A stretch of 64,000 bases of DNA from Octopus bimaculoides (taxonomy: Eukaryota): the NCBI RefSeq assembly GCF_001194135.2, contig NC_068989.1:65802923-65866922 (forward strand), read 5' to 3'. Below, in pieces: positions 39,609-52,584 of the stretch (position 1 is its first letter; each line of letters starts with the position of its first letter). The position numbers and the translations under genes were made by a program. The notes beneath the pieces were generated by a model. It saw nothing but the letters and a program-made list of their open reading frames with translations. It had not been told where the DNA came from and made no database searches.

Positions 39609-40214
39609 CTCACTGATGTCCAAAAAGAAGGATGCTAAAATGCAACATAACAAAAAACTAATAACTCACTTTTAATATTCGCAAAACATTTCTAATTGTC
39701 GTCTTTTGCCGTGTATTGACAATATGAGTGTTCCTATAATTAATGAGCAAGTTGAATTTCAATATCACTTGATAATGTTTACGTCGAAATGTATAAATGT
39801 TTATAATTAAGCATAATGGCACATGTTAGCCTAGGTCAAGCTGATAACATCAATTGTGTTCCAAGTTGTATTTGCCTGTCATTCATGAAAGACTACATTC
39901 CGGGATATATTTCCAACGCGGGTTATGTATTTCTTTTTATATTTTAAAAATATTATATGTTATTGACAGCATATAATAATTAGTTCTGAAATAAAATTTA
40001 ATTATGTTCCTCATTCTAATCATGTCTTTGAGTAGTCCTCATACTTTCTATTTCTTTTGATTATTTTTTTCCCCATTATATTTATTGAAGACATGTCTGT
40101 ACTTTGAGTTTGAAATTTGAAATATTTCTGATAAAGACACAACGTCACGTATCTGAGAATAAGAAAATAAATAATCAATTATATCGATTCTCTTAATTAA
40201 TTTGTATCTATTTT

Positions 40215-40280
40215 ATCGACCTCAGAAGGATGAATGGTAAAAAAACAATATAGGTGAGATTGAACTCAAAACTTAAAAGA
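40215..40280 (-). mobile_element. SINE family A fragment
   Basis: ttttatcgacctcagaaggatgaa..gagattgaactcaaaac. Confidence 0.6.
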
Positions 40281-40649
40281 ACACTCTTTTTCATAACAAA
40301 CTATATAAAAGGAACACTCTTTTTATAAATTTATATCGTAGAGCCTTTGGCTCTACGATATAAACTATCTGCTTTAAAGTGAACTAAATATAAACCCTCT
40401 ATCAAAATTGTATGTTGATTTTATTTTTAAAAAAGCATCACTTTTGTAATGACAAAATCATTTTAATAAACTCTTCGTTATTTTTAAGCTTACTTGAAAC
40501 AAAGATGATATATCTTAAAAGTTATTTTCTACTTTCGTTTTACGTACCTGGCCAAAGTTCGAGCTTGAGCTTTAAATATTTATCTTAATGTTTCCCTTCT
40601 AATTTTTTACCGTTATGTGTTCCTTCTAAATAACTGAATGATAAATTTA

Positions 40650-40760
40650 CCACATGGTTTCCTGTTCAGTTCTACTACCTCGCGCCGGAGCAACTGTCTT
40701 CTATTATGGCCTCGAGCCGACTAAATCCTTGTGGGTGGATTTGGAAGACAGAAACTGGAA
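40650..40760 (+). mobile_element. SINE family B fragment
   Basis: ccacatggtt..gttcagttc..tgtcttctattatggcctcgagccgac..gtggatttggaagacagaaactg. Confidence 0.7.
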
Positions 40761-41544
40761 TAATTGTCCCTATAAGGATTGCGATATCTAGTAAAGCCAA
40801 ATGAACTTGACATACACCGATTTATTTAAATCAGCTAGCATGGTATATTAACCAGGAATCGTTGTTTCCCGAGATATGTTTTTCATCGGAAATTCGAAAT
40901 ATAATCATTTTTATGGATTAACGTCAATGAATATAAATTATCGAACACAAAGTCACAAAGAATAGTTTCAAGAAATGTATACAAGGCTTTCATTAATTAT
41001 TATTTTTACCTACAGTTTGATACTTTTCTTCTCTATTTAGAATAACTCTGGAAGATGGCGGCTTAGACTTTGTAAGCTATGTAACCAATTTGATTGATGG
41101 ACCACTCCTCTATAAAGCCTGGTTGCGTTTAAAAGCTACAAAATTATGGGAATTCACTAATACAGAAGATTACACTTAAGCGACAAAGCTTATAGACTTA
41201 AGCAAGTTAAGAATTCAATCTTGATATACAACCCTTATACAATGTCAACTTACACCTGAGCTCTAACAGTTAAAATGTTTTAATATTAATTTAAATTTGT
41301 TATTTGTGCTAGGTTTCTTTTCAAGGGTCAAAGATTTGTGTAGAGATTAGAAACAACTTTGCTTACCTGTTTAAAAATTCGATTTTAATTAACGGTGTCC
41401 ATAATATATATGTAAGAATCTGATTCGTTCATCTGATCCTATAATTATAAGAATTAATCTCATATGATGTGTGACAACATTAATTCCTCCAAATAGAGAA
41501 ATCGAAAGGCAATTCTTTTCCTTAGTATCTGGCAATAAGTAAGT

Positions 41545-41720
41545 CAGCCGTTTTACTGTTACAATTCAGTTTCGGAGTTCAAATATCGCCGAGGTCAACT
41601 TTTCCTTTCATCCGTTTAGGGCTGATAAAATAGGTGCCATTTGAGCACTGGAGTCGTAGTAATTAACCAACTCGCTCTCCCGAAATGACCGGCTATGTGC
41701 TAAAATTTTAAACCAATATT
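41545..41720 (+). mobile_element. SINE family A, 5'-degenerate
   Basis: ggagttcaaatatcgccgaggtcaacttttcctttcatccgtttagggctgataaaatagg. Confidence 0.8.
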
Positions 41721-44202
41721 TGTTTGTGCCCCTTCCGTTTCCTTTTCGAATTTTGCTGTTGTTAAATTAATGTCCAGATGATGTGTTTGATAAATTGAGA
41801 AATAATGAATTCAACATAACCGACTGATCTTTGTTCCTCCCAAGCTCTCTCTCTTCTCTTTTTCCCTCTCTCCTTTCCTTGTCTCTCTTATCCACATACA
41901 CGCACATTAAATGTGTGACCGTGAAACCAAAATAGAAATCAATATATGCTATGTTCGATGAGTTCGTGGATGTGATAGAATCCATACCTTGCGGCGACGA
42001 TTTCGAATCCAACATCAGTCGAAATGGCTTTTATGCATCTCATGTGTATGGGATTAACAGAAATAACGCATAACAGTAGATTCCACTAATTGATTTCCTT
42101 TTCTAAACTTTGATCTAGTGCCAAAGTTGCTTAAGTCAGAAATTACTACTCAAAAATATCAATAAGCTATGAGATCAAACACAATAGTAGAATGCCTTAA
42201 ACACATGTGTGAACGAACACACACGTATATGAATGCATATATATTCGCGTAAGTATGCCAACACACAGATATTCATATAGACAAATATATTCTGACTATG
42301 GTGTGGAATACAATCATAGTAACGACAAAAATATGATGAGTTGTCATTCTTGGTTACCTGAAAAATTTTCGAATAATTACTGAATAAGTTTCAGTTCAAG
42401 AAGTAAAGTTCATTGTAATTATTTGCATAAAGAAAAGTATCTGCTATTTGATTTTCAGAATTGCCCGTCAGTAAAAAATTTCAACGGAAGGTATATGACA
42501 TGCTTATATACTTTTCTTTTCATTTACCCCTCTTTTCGAAATTCTTTCCAATTACAAATATCCCTTCTTTCTCATCGACATGATGTATGCCATATAGGAT
42601 TGCCTGTTCCATACTCAAGGGCATGTTTCTTAACCTCAGCCGTCCGCATACACTTCAGCCTCATTGATAGTGACGATCCAAACTGGAACCATCTAATTTT
42701 AATTCAGAACCACTAAATCTGGTTATTTCCAAGAAAACGGCTCTGACTGCTAGTATTAGTTCTCCTTTAACCCGTGACAACACCCAACTCTGCCATGTTT
42801 AGCAGCAAATACAATGAAATGCTGTCGCTTAATAAAACATCCTGCAATCTCCAGGCTTAACGGTAAAAGCTACATTCCAAAATCCTATTTGACCACATCA
42901 TGTATACCTAAGTACAACCATAAGAACTGAGGTCACTTGCAGAAGTGATTTGAGTTGACCAATACAGGCCTAACATTTAGAGGCCATCATGGATTTGTCT
43001 GTTACTCGTTCTCCAGCTGCCTGACATGCTAAGCTCGTCTTATGAACCTCCGAAACTTTAAGTCGTAAAGAGTAAATTCAAACTGTTATTAGATAATACA
43101 TGTAACTCCTATCAAATGTGTTGAGTACCCCCCCTCTTCTTTAGGTTGTGCACTCATACATATATAATTTATTGTTCCGTTAAGGTAATATCATCGAAAA
43201 CGTATTTGATCCAGTGGGAGATAGATATCATTTAATGTACACACTCTAAAAATACTAGCTACTAATAATTAGAGATGCGGGTCTAGGCAAGTTTTTATAA
43301 CAGGATTTACCTCGCTCAATAAACCTCAGGCTCTGACAACATTATGTATTCAATTTTCAAACTGGGGCTGTCGTACAAGAGCAATCAAGAGAAAATACAA
43401 ACGAGAAGCAGATTGATGCGAAACGTGGAAGGGTGAATAAAACAATAAAAAACACAGAAAAAACAGAAAATTATTCAAACCACCTATGTTCTTCCTGGTA
43501 CGCTGACAAATGTAAATCCACTAAGATGACTAGCCACGTATGAGGTATAAAGATTAACTACACACCATGTAGAGTCAAGTAGAAAATCGTAGAATTATCC
43601 CAGCCATATATCTCAGAAATACAGCGTGACTGAAAGATCGCATATTCTTTTTAGATCTATGAATTCCATCACACTCCTGAAATCCAGAAATTCGGATCAC
43701 ACTACTGAAATCCAGATCCGAAATTTTCCGCAAATGCAAACATATAGACACATTTTTTTATCAAATCCTCTCCAGACTGAGCTGCTTTCTCGCAGGCTTT
43801 GGACTCCTCTCCGTTGAATTATTCTACAATTAGCTTAGTTATGGCTTTACGGCGAAAGGGGAAATAACTTTAATGTTCTTTCGTTTTCTTTTCTTTTTCC
43901 CTTTTGTACACCTTCCACATTTTACATCTAACTTCTCGTTTTTTTCCCGTGATTTATCTTGTGCTAGCATCCTGGTTAGGGAATTGAATAGATATCGCGT
44001 GCCAGATTATTGCTTGGAGACGCAAGGGATATAATAAAAACCTGTTTAGACACGCCTGTCCAAAGCAAGAAACTTTTACTAGTTCGAAACTTTAGATTGT
44101 CTACAATATATGATAGACATATAGATAGATAAACCGACCAAACCAACCGGCCGACAGACAGACGGACAGACAGCCAAATAGATAGATATATAGATACATA
44201 CA

Positions 44203-44233
<31 letters not shown>

Positions 44234-44731
44234 TACACTTAGCAAACACTACCCTGGGGTTTTCGTCGTTAAACAGGCCAACAGAGGTCGGACAAAGGTA
44301 TATGACAAACCGGCAATGACATTCTGTTTTTTAATACGAATGTCAGTTTCAGAAGCTTTCTGATACAAATGTTATAGATAGTTACTTCTACCATTGTATA
44401 TACGTTATGCTTTGTTACTATCTTGCATTTCTTATCGACATTCAGTAACAAGAAGCAAAATACATTTCGGTGGCAATTTTTTTTTGTCTTATTCAATAGT
44501 TCAATAGTTCATCACTGCCATGAATTATTTAAATTCATGTCATTGGATAATGAATAGATTCTCTTTAGTCTCTCTATGACATTCTATTTGTAAAAATCTC
44601 TATCCCCATATACATAAACACACACACACACACACATACATCGGTTGTCAAGTGATGGTAGGGAGGACAAACACAGACACACAAACATACATACACACAC
44701 ACATACATATATATAAACACACAAACAGGAG

Positions 44732-44940
44732 CAGGCGTACCTGTGTGGCAAGAAATTTGCTTCCGAACCATATGGGGCTGGGTTTAATCCCACTGCGTAG
44801 CACCTTAGGCGGATGATTGTTATTATACCCTCAGATCGACCAAAACCCCGTTAGAGGAATTTGTAGACAAAAACTGAAAGAACACCGTTTGAAGAGGAAT
44901 ACACGAGTAGACAAAGTCTGAAAGACCATCGTATATATAT
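44732..44940 (+). mobile_element. SINE family B, 5' half
   Basis: ggcgtacctgtgtggcaagaaatttgcttccgaacc..cccactgcgtagcaccttagg..gtagacaaaaactgaaag, then (TA)n and a gap. Confidence 0.7.
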
Positions 44941-45223
44941 ATNNNNNNNNNNNNNNNNNNNNNNNNNNNNNNNNNNNNNNNNNNNNNNNNNNNNNNNNNN
45001 NNNNNNNNNNNNNNNNNNNNNNNNNNNNNNNNNNNNNNNNNNNNNNNNNNNNNNNNNNNNNNNNNNNNNNNNNNNNNNNNNNNNNNNNNNNNNNNNNNNN
45101 NNNNNNNNNNNNNNNNNNNNNNNNNNNNNNNNNNNNNNNNNNNNNNNNNNNNNNNNNNNNNNNNNNNNNNNNNNNNNNNNNNNNNNNNNNNNNNNNNNNN
45201 NNNNNNNNNNNNNNNNNNNNNNN

Positions 45224-45260
<37 letters not shown>

Positions 45261-45344
45261 AAAAGGTTGAAGAGGAACACACGAGTAGATATATATGGAA
45301 AAAAAGACAAAGTAGAAAATGCTAAAATACTTTTATAAAGAACA

Positions 45345-45386
45345 TTACAGAACCGGTTTCGATCCTTGGGATCTTTTCAACAGTAA
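45345..45386 (-). ncRNA. Minimal type I hammerhead-ribozyme-like motif with U3:A8 core variant
   Basis: Minus strand TTACTG-TTGAAAA-GATCC(CAA)GGATC-GAAA-CCGG-TT-CTGTAA. Stem I pairs 5 of 6, stem II is a perfect 5 bp with G10.1-C11.1, and stem III is palindromic ACCGGT. Confidence 0.65.
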
Positions 45387-45549
45387 ATATGAATAATAGA
45401 TTTTTGAAAAATTATTGAAAAATCAAATTTTGGTAAATTTAAAAGAAAAGTCTTTTTAAAGACATACTTGTATAGTATTCAAGTAACAGCGGCATTTTTC
45501 TTGTTTCTGCCTGTCTCTGTTTCACTTGTTAACTCTTGTGGGTTTCTTA

Positions 45550-46545
45550 GAAGGACTGCTATGATAGTAGCAGTGTTAATTGGTTGGGTGTCCTGACATT
45601 GACCTGTTGATGGACGTAGTGATCTGTATTGTTTATGTTAACTCTTGCAACAGTATCAGACCCACATTTCCTCTTGTGCCATTTATTGTTTCTCCGGGTG
45701 TAATACTTGAGTAATTGTGGGTAAGGGAGCTTTCTTCCATCTTCATCTACTTGTCACAACTTAAAAAATGCAGAAAGTGTAATTTCTTTTGGACAAAGTG
45801 CTTGTTGCGAGGCTGTTTGTCTTGCATATAAACATGTGACCATTCTCGCAATGGACACTCAGATGAATGATGGCTGGTTGCCTCTGATGAATGGGAACAT
45901 TGAAAATGCGCCAAATAGCCTCATTGGTACTGATGTTTCTTCTTCTGTTATACTATGCCTCTTTTGTGGAGGCGCACTAGCCCAGTGGTTAGGGCAGCGG
46001 ACTCGCGGTCATAGGATCGCGGTTTCGATTCCGAGACCGGGCGTTGTGAGTGTTTATTGAGCGAAAACACCTAAAAGCTCCACGAGGCTCCGGCAGGGGA
46101 TGGTGGCGAACCCTGCTGTACTCTTTCTCTCACTCTTTTTTCTTGTTTCTGTTGTGCCTGTAATTCAAAGGCTCAGCCTTGTCACACTGTGTCACGCTGA
46201 ATATCCCAGAGAACTACGTTAAGGGTACACGTGTCTGTGGAATGCTCAGCCACTTGCACGTTAATTTCACGAGCAGGCTGTTCCGTTGATCGGATCAACT
46301 GGAACCATCGACGTCGTAAGCGACGGAGTGCCAACAGCAACAACAACTATGCCACTTCGTCATTTTTATTTATCTGCTGACTACCATTCTGTGGCAGCAA
46401 CTAAACCTTTGTATATTTGCATACTTGATAGAGTTAACATGGGTTGCAGAATTCAACATTGACTTTGGCTACCTGTACTCGTCTTTGCTTCACTGTAAAA
46501 TTCTGATCATCTACATCTACCCCGTCTCCTCTTGTACAAAGTGAG
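45550..46545 (-). mobile_element. Helitron Rep/Hel coding fragment, interrupted by a SINE
   Basis: Minus strand, several frames: VNVEFCN/VNSIKY (46400-46470), KNDEVA, then across the SINE NISTNEAIWRIFNVPIHQRQPAIIHLSVHCENG, PKEITLSAFFKL, KYYTRRNNKWHKRKCG and HPTN*HCYY. These match Helitron motifs INVE.C.SVKSIKY, RYIS..EA.WR...FPIH...P....L.VHLENG and HP....ECYYLR. Confidence 0.9.
45960..46345 (+). mobile_element. SINE family C, full-length, tRNA-Arg-like head, with 8-bp TSD
   Basis: A box TAGCCCAGTGG, B box GGTTTCGATTCC, (CAA)n tail; ACTATGCC at 45952-45959 and 46346-46353. May correspond to a described octopus OR-type SINE (not verified). Confidence 0.95.
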
Positions 46546-47429
46546 AATATTGTTCTCGAAAACTTTTTCGAAAATTAAAATGGGGATTAAATGAAAAAAT
46601 GAGTCATGTGAATATCTTCACAAGAGTGATTGCAATAAATTGCGATTGTGCAACGCCCCACGCTCAAGCGTGCGCACACACACAAACATGCACACACAGA
46701 GTATGAAACGTCAAATGAAATGGACGTGTGTGAGTGAGAGAGAGAGATAGAGAGAAGCGGTGTGTTGCCATGTATACTTACATACATAAATAAATATGCA
46801 TACATCTTTTTGTATTATGTGTGCGTATGTACGTGAGAGAGAGAGAGAAAGAGAGAGAGAGAAAGAGAGAGAGAGTAAATGCCACTTAGACATCATGGTC
46901 TCTCTCTTTCTGTCTCTCACACACACACGCACACATATATACAAAACAGATGTAAGTATTTATGCATGTGTGTATATATGATAAGACGCCCCTTGACTCA
47001 CTCATTCTCTCTTTCTCACAGAAACACACACACGTACTTAGGAAAACACTCGTGTGCGTATGTGACTGACGTGGGTGTTTGTGAGAGTGAGAACATTGCA
47101 AACAATGAATGATATAAACATGAAATGAAAAAAAAATCGTATTTATAAAAGCTCTTGTACTGAATACCTAAATTTGTGAACTTAGTAAATATTACTTTCA
47201 GTAATTTTTCGGAGTTGTTTGCAAATAGTGAATTAAAATTTGAAATGAAAATATCAAAATAGAAAGTGAAAAGTTTTGCAGATGAAAACGGAAAATTTCG
47301 ACGTTGCTACGTCAATACTGGTTGTTGACATTGAGAAACCTTTTTAAAGAAGTGAATCATATATATGGAGAAATACTATTTATTTTTGATAAAAAAAAAA
47401 AAACTGAGGACACTATCATATATCTATTT

Positions 47430-47655
47430 CTTTATTACCCACAGGGGGCTAAACATGGAGGGGTCGAACAAGGACAGACAAAGGGATTAAGCAGATTAGA
47501 TCGACCCCAGTTCGTAACAGGTACTTATTTAATCGACCGCGAAAGGACGAAAGGCAAAGTTAACCTCGGCGGAACTTGAACTCAGAACGTAACGGCAGAC
47601 GAAATACAGCTAAGCATTTCCCCCGGCGTGCTAACGATTCTGCCAGCTCGTCGCC
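47430..47655 (-). mobile_element. SINE family A variant with a different 3' end
   Basis: Head and body match 32820-32976, but the 3' end reads (reverse) tccctttgtctgtccttgttcgacccctccatgtttagccccctgtgggtaataaag. Confidence 0.9.
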
Positions 47656-47727
47656 CTGGCCCTATTATGTATCGAAGCAATTCGCGCAGCTGTTTTCACT
47701 TGAAAATACACATACACACACACAGAG

Positions 47728-47765
<38 letters not shown>

Positions 47766-48782
47766 NNNNNNNNNNNNNNNNNNNNNNNNNNNNNNNNNNN
47801 NNNNNNNNNNNNNNNNNNNNNNNNNNNNNNNNNNNNNNNNNNNNNNNNNNNNNNNNNNNNNNNNNNNNNNNNNNNNNNNNNNNNNNNNNNNNNNNNNNNN
47901 NNNNNNNNNNNNNNNNNNNNNNNNNNNNNNNNNNNNNNNNNNNNNNNNNNNNNNNNNNNNNNNNNNNNNNNNNNNNNNNNNNNNNNNNNNNNNNNNNNNN
48001 NNNNNNNNNNNNNNNNNNNNNNNNNNNNNNNNNNNNNNNNNNNNNNNNNNNNNNNNNNNNNNNNNNNNNNNNNNNNNNNNNNNNNNNNNNNNNNNNNNNN
48101 NNNNNNNNNNNNNNNNNNNNNNNNNNNNNNNNNNNNNNNNNNNNNNNNNNNNNNNNNNNNNNNNNNNNNNNNNNNNNNNNNNNNNNNNNNNNNNNNNNNN
48201 NNNNNNNNNNNNNNNNNNNNNNNNNNNNNNNNNNNNNNNNNNNNNNNNNNNNNNNNNNNNNNNNNNNNNNNNNNNNNNNNNNNNNNNNNNNNNNNNNNNN
48301 NNNNTATATATATATATATATATATATATTTAAACAACAGTTGACTACAGCTGTTTTCAATGAATTTTTGATTGATTATTAAATACATAAACCACAACAT
48401 CCAAAAGCATTCAAGAGCCAACGGGATGTGCACCTTCATGATTCTGTGAGCCTTCCTGACCCAACTGTATTTATTTATTCATATATTTATTATTCCCCTC
48501 GCTCGTAAACAGCTGTTTACGAAGATCTGAACTATATTATGGACTGTACATTTACGATAAATGTCTGTTGTTTGATTAACCTCAGGACTATTGTTATACA
48601 CAGTCGGGTACAGATAATCGTATGTATAACCTGAATATATTTCTGCTTGTAATTCAGTACCCGCATATGTATACATTTATTTTCGTTGTGTATACATTTT
48701 ACTTTTTGAGCCGACCTGGTGCCTTACCAATTAAGTGCCTGATCCACTTGATTCCTGGTCAACGATATATATATATAAGATA

Positions 48783-49092
48783 CAGTGTATATTAAAAAAC
48801 ATAAGGGGAATCCACTCATGGGATTCCTTACGCTAGAAAGAACTGCTAGGTTCAAGAACCACAAAATTACGGATAAAATCCCGAATGGAACAAAATGAAA
48901 TATAAAAACTTTTACCATATCTTCCCTGGACCAATTTTCTGGTTTCTGACTTTGTATTTTTAAAAAGGTTTTATTTTCATTTCATTCCTTTCGGGACTTT
49001 ATCCCTAATTTTGTGGTTCTTGAACCTAGTAGTTCTTTCTAGCCTAAGGAATCCCATGAGTCGATTCCTCTTATGTATTTAAATATACACTG
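48783..49092. mobile_element. Tc1/mariner-type MITE
   Basis: TA|CAGTGTATATT...AATATACACTG|TA. Imperfect TIRs of about 135-140 bp make up almost the whole 310-bp element. Confidence 0.9.
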
Positions 49093-50269
49093 TACCTTAT
49101 CAGTAAGTCATAGTNNNNNNNNNNNNNNNNNNNNNNNNNNNNNNNNNNNNNNNNNNNNNNNNNNNNNNNNNNNNNNNNNNNNNNNNNNNNNNNNNNNNNN
49201 NNNNNNNNNNNNNNNNNNNNNNNNNNNNNNNNNNNNNNNNNNNNNNNNNNNNNNNNNNNNNNNNNNNNNNNNNNNNNNNNNNNNNNNNNNNNNNNNNNNN
49301 NNNNNNNNNNNNNNNNNNNNNNNNNNNNNNNNNNNNNNNNNNNNNNNNNNNNNNNNNNNNNNNNNNNNNNNNNNNNNNNNNNNNNNNNNNNNNNNNNNNN
49401 NNNNNNNNNNNNNNNNNNNNNNNNNNNNNNNNNNNNNNNNNNNNNNNNNNNNNNNNNNNNNNNNNNNNNNNNNNNNNNNNNNNNNNNNNNNNNNNNNNNN
49501 NNNNNNNNNNNNNNNNNNNNNNNNNNNNNNNNNNNNNNNNNNNNNNNNNNNNNNNNNNNNNNNNNNNNNNNNNNNNNNNNNNNNNNNNNNNNNNNNNNNN
49601 NNNNNNNNNNNNNNNNNNNNNNNNNNNNNNNNNNNNNNNNNNNNNNNNNNNNNNNNNNNNNNNNNNNNNNNNNNNNNNNNNNNNNNNNNNNNNNNNNNNN
49701 NNNNNNNNNNNNNNNNNNNNNNNNNNNNNNNNNNNNNNNNNNNNNNNNNNNNNNNNNNNNNNNNNNNNNNNNNNNNNNNNNNNNNNNNNNNNNNNNNNNN
49801 NNNNNNNNNNNNNNNNNNNNNNNNNNNNNNNNNNNNNNNNNNNNNNNNNNNNNNNNNNNNNNNNNNNNNNNNNNNNNNNNNNNNNNNNNNNNNNNNNNNN
49901 NNNNNNNNNNNNNNNNNNNNNNNNNNNNNNNNNNNNNNNNNNNNNNNNNNNNNNNNNNNNNNNNNNNNNNNNNNNNNNNNNNNNNNNNNNNNNNNNNNNN
50001 NNNNNNNATGTATGTATATACGCATATGATAAAAAATTGTTGCTCATAATTTATTCGTATAAGTATATTCGATTGATTGCCTGGCGATATTACGTCTTCG
50101 CACCTGTATATTTGAAGATGAATTTTTGTTTCCTCTCTTTCCCGCATCACTTCTCACCCAATCCATCCCACGCACACACCATTCGCCATGATATTTTAGG
50201 TAATTAACTTTCGCACTTATATTGCAACAGATTCAAGCAGAAAGCACCAACAACCATAACAACGACGAC

Positions 50270-50468
<199 letters not shown>

Positions 50469-51189
50469 GACACAAATAATATATTTACGGCATCGTAAAA
50501 TCAAGAATCGTGCCATTTCACTAGATTTTCTATAAAGATTCATTGAATCTTCTTCTCCATTCATTTTTACCCAGAACGGTTGCTTACACAGAGAAAGACA
50601 GTGTGTGATTGATTAGCAAAATCTGATTGGTAGACGCATAGACGTTTCGTTATTTCATTATTTCATTTGTATGTCTTGCTCTCTTTTCTGTAAATCGATT
50701 ACCGATATAACAAGAAGGACAGGTTTTAGTTGACGAATACTTGTTTACACATATTTTTTTTCTCTCATACGACTTTTTTTTTTTTACCTAAATCTCTAAC
50801 AGGCGCCTGTTACCGGGGAAAAAAACCTCTTAGGTATAAATTTGTTAAAATCTTTGAATGATTATATAGGTCAAGTCACCAGACATACTTATCTGAAGAC
50901 ATAACGCTAGTTAACTTCCAGCGAACACTATTCTCGTACGTCCTCTGTACGCCTGTACACACGGAAAATTAGTAACCTTACTTTATACATATCTCTGATG
51001 TTTTATCCTCGTAAAAAGTATGCATATCACACAGGTTATAAATGCGCGCATATGTACAAACAAACATACATACATGCATACACATAAACACACGCACACA
51101 CACACACACACACACAGATCGATCGATAGATAGATACATACATACATACATGCATACATACATACATACATACATACATGATAGATACT

Positions 51190-51330
51190 CATGTGTACGG
51201 CGGGTTTTCACCCAGTTCCTGTCTACCAGATTCACTCATAATGTATTGTTCAACTGGGGTCTATACAAGGAGACACTTGCCCTAGATCTAAGCTAGTATA
51301 CTGTGGTACTGAACCAAAAACAATAGTAGT
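51190..51330 (-). mobile_element. SINE family B 5' half, degenerate
   Basis: cagttcctgtctaccagattcactca..gacacttgccc..gtggtactgaacc. Confidence 0.65.
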
Positions 51331-52263
51331 TGCTAAACGAATATCATATTGAATATAGCTGTGTGAGTGGGTATGTATGTGTATATATATACATATGTGT
51401 GTGTAACATATGTGTATATATATATATATATATCATATGTATATTATGTTATTTTATATTATATCATATAAAGGTAAATCGATAACGAATGACGCATTCA
51501 AAAGCAAAAATAACAACAGTCTAAGGGACGTTAACAGTGAATATTATTAGCTTTACGCTTGAAGAAAGTTTTACAAAGATACTTCAAATTTAAAAAAAAA
51601 AAAATCTAACGTTCTGCGCAGAGCCCTTCATGGAAGAGTAGAAGTGAGAAAGGGGAAGGAGGTGGAGAGATACTATATGAATCAGGAGAAAAGCACGTGA
51701 TCGAAAACAACTGATCGGAAGTTGGAGAGAGAATATGAGCTTTTTGTTGGCAGAAGAGTGCTTAGGTTTGTGTGTGCTGGTGTGCGTAGGTGTTGTTCTC
51801 TGTGTGTCCGTGTGTTAAATGAGCGTTTGTGAATATGTATATATACAAATGTAGATATTTGCATATAGAGAACGACAGAGAGGAAGAGAGAGAGAGAGAG
51901 GGAGAGAGGGAGAGAGAAACAGACAGACAGAGAAGGAAATACAGGTATATGGTATTCTTGAACCATTACAATTAGGAGAGCTCTGTCTGAGAAGAGGATG
52001 GCCATAAGATTGCTTGTATGTACGAGTTATTGTGAAGCGACATTTGCGTATGTATGTTTGTGTCAGTATACAAGTATTTCGTGCACACATACACACTTAC
52101 ACACGCAGAAGTATATACATGCATACATACATTATGCATACACACATATATATACATTTATATATACACACACATACACACAAACATACACACAAATGTA
52201 TATACATATGTGAGTATTTGTATGTATATACACACGAATATGCATGTATACATACATACTTTT

Positions 52264-52279
52264 ATAGATAGATAGATAC

Positions 52280-52329
<50 letters not shown>

Positions 52330-52338
52330 GGATAGATG

Positions 52339-52386
<48 letters not shown>
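52264..52386. repeat. (AGAT)n microsatellite
   Basis: Direct reading; another tract at about 7172-7237. Confidence 0.98.
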
Positions 52387-52584
52387 CATCTCGTTAAATT
52401 TATCTCATGTGTTTCAATGATTAGGAGGTTGAGTTACATCTTTCGAATTGGTATTTATTGCACCGAACTTTGTGTACAATTATTCCCCTTGCACTCACGC
52501 CTAATGTAACCGCATTATCACTCTCGGTGAATGTAGATGCGATAACTGTTAGATGCACACGCATTTCGATTTTTCTATTTTCCT

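Noticed and set aside
42560-43060. Possible decayed RTE on the minus strand (YLG, AWRL..VL..ISL, IRWF)
   Set aside because: Motifs too degraded and inconsistent in frame to support a call.
43398-43430. gca-gattga-tgc-GAAACGTG hammerhead-like string
   Set aside because: No CUGANGA core, and G at the cleavage position.
45884-45910. CTGATGA...GAAA hammerhead-like string
   Set aside because: Lies inside the Helitron coding fragment, stem II is out of register and there is no stem III; coincidence.
45963-46040. tRNA-like sequence
   Set aside because: SINE head: no acceptor stem, and followed by SINE body, tail and TSD. The same applies to the other A/B-box hits.
50797-50812. Perfect 16-bp palindrome TAACAGGCGCCTGTTA
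   Set aside because: About one palindrome with 8-bp arms is expected by chance in a window this size.
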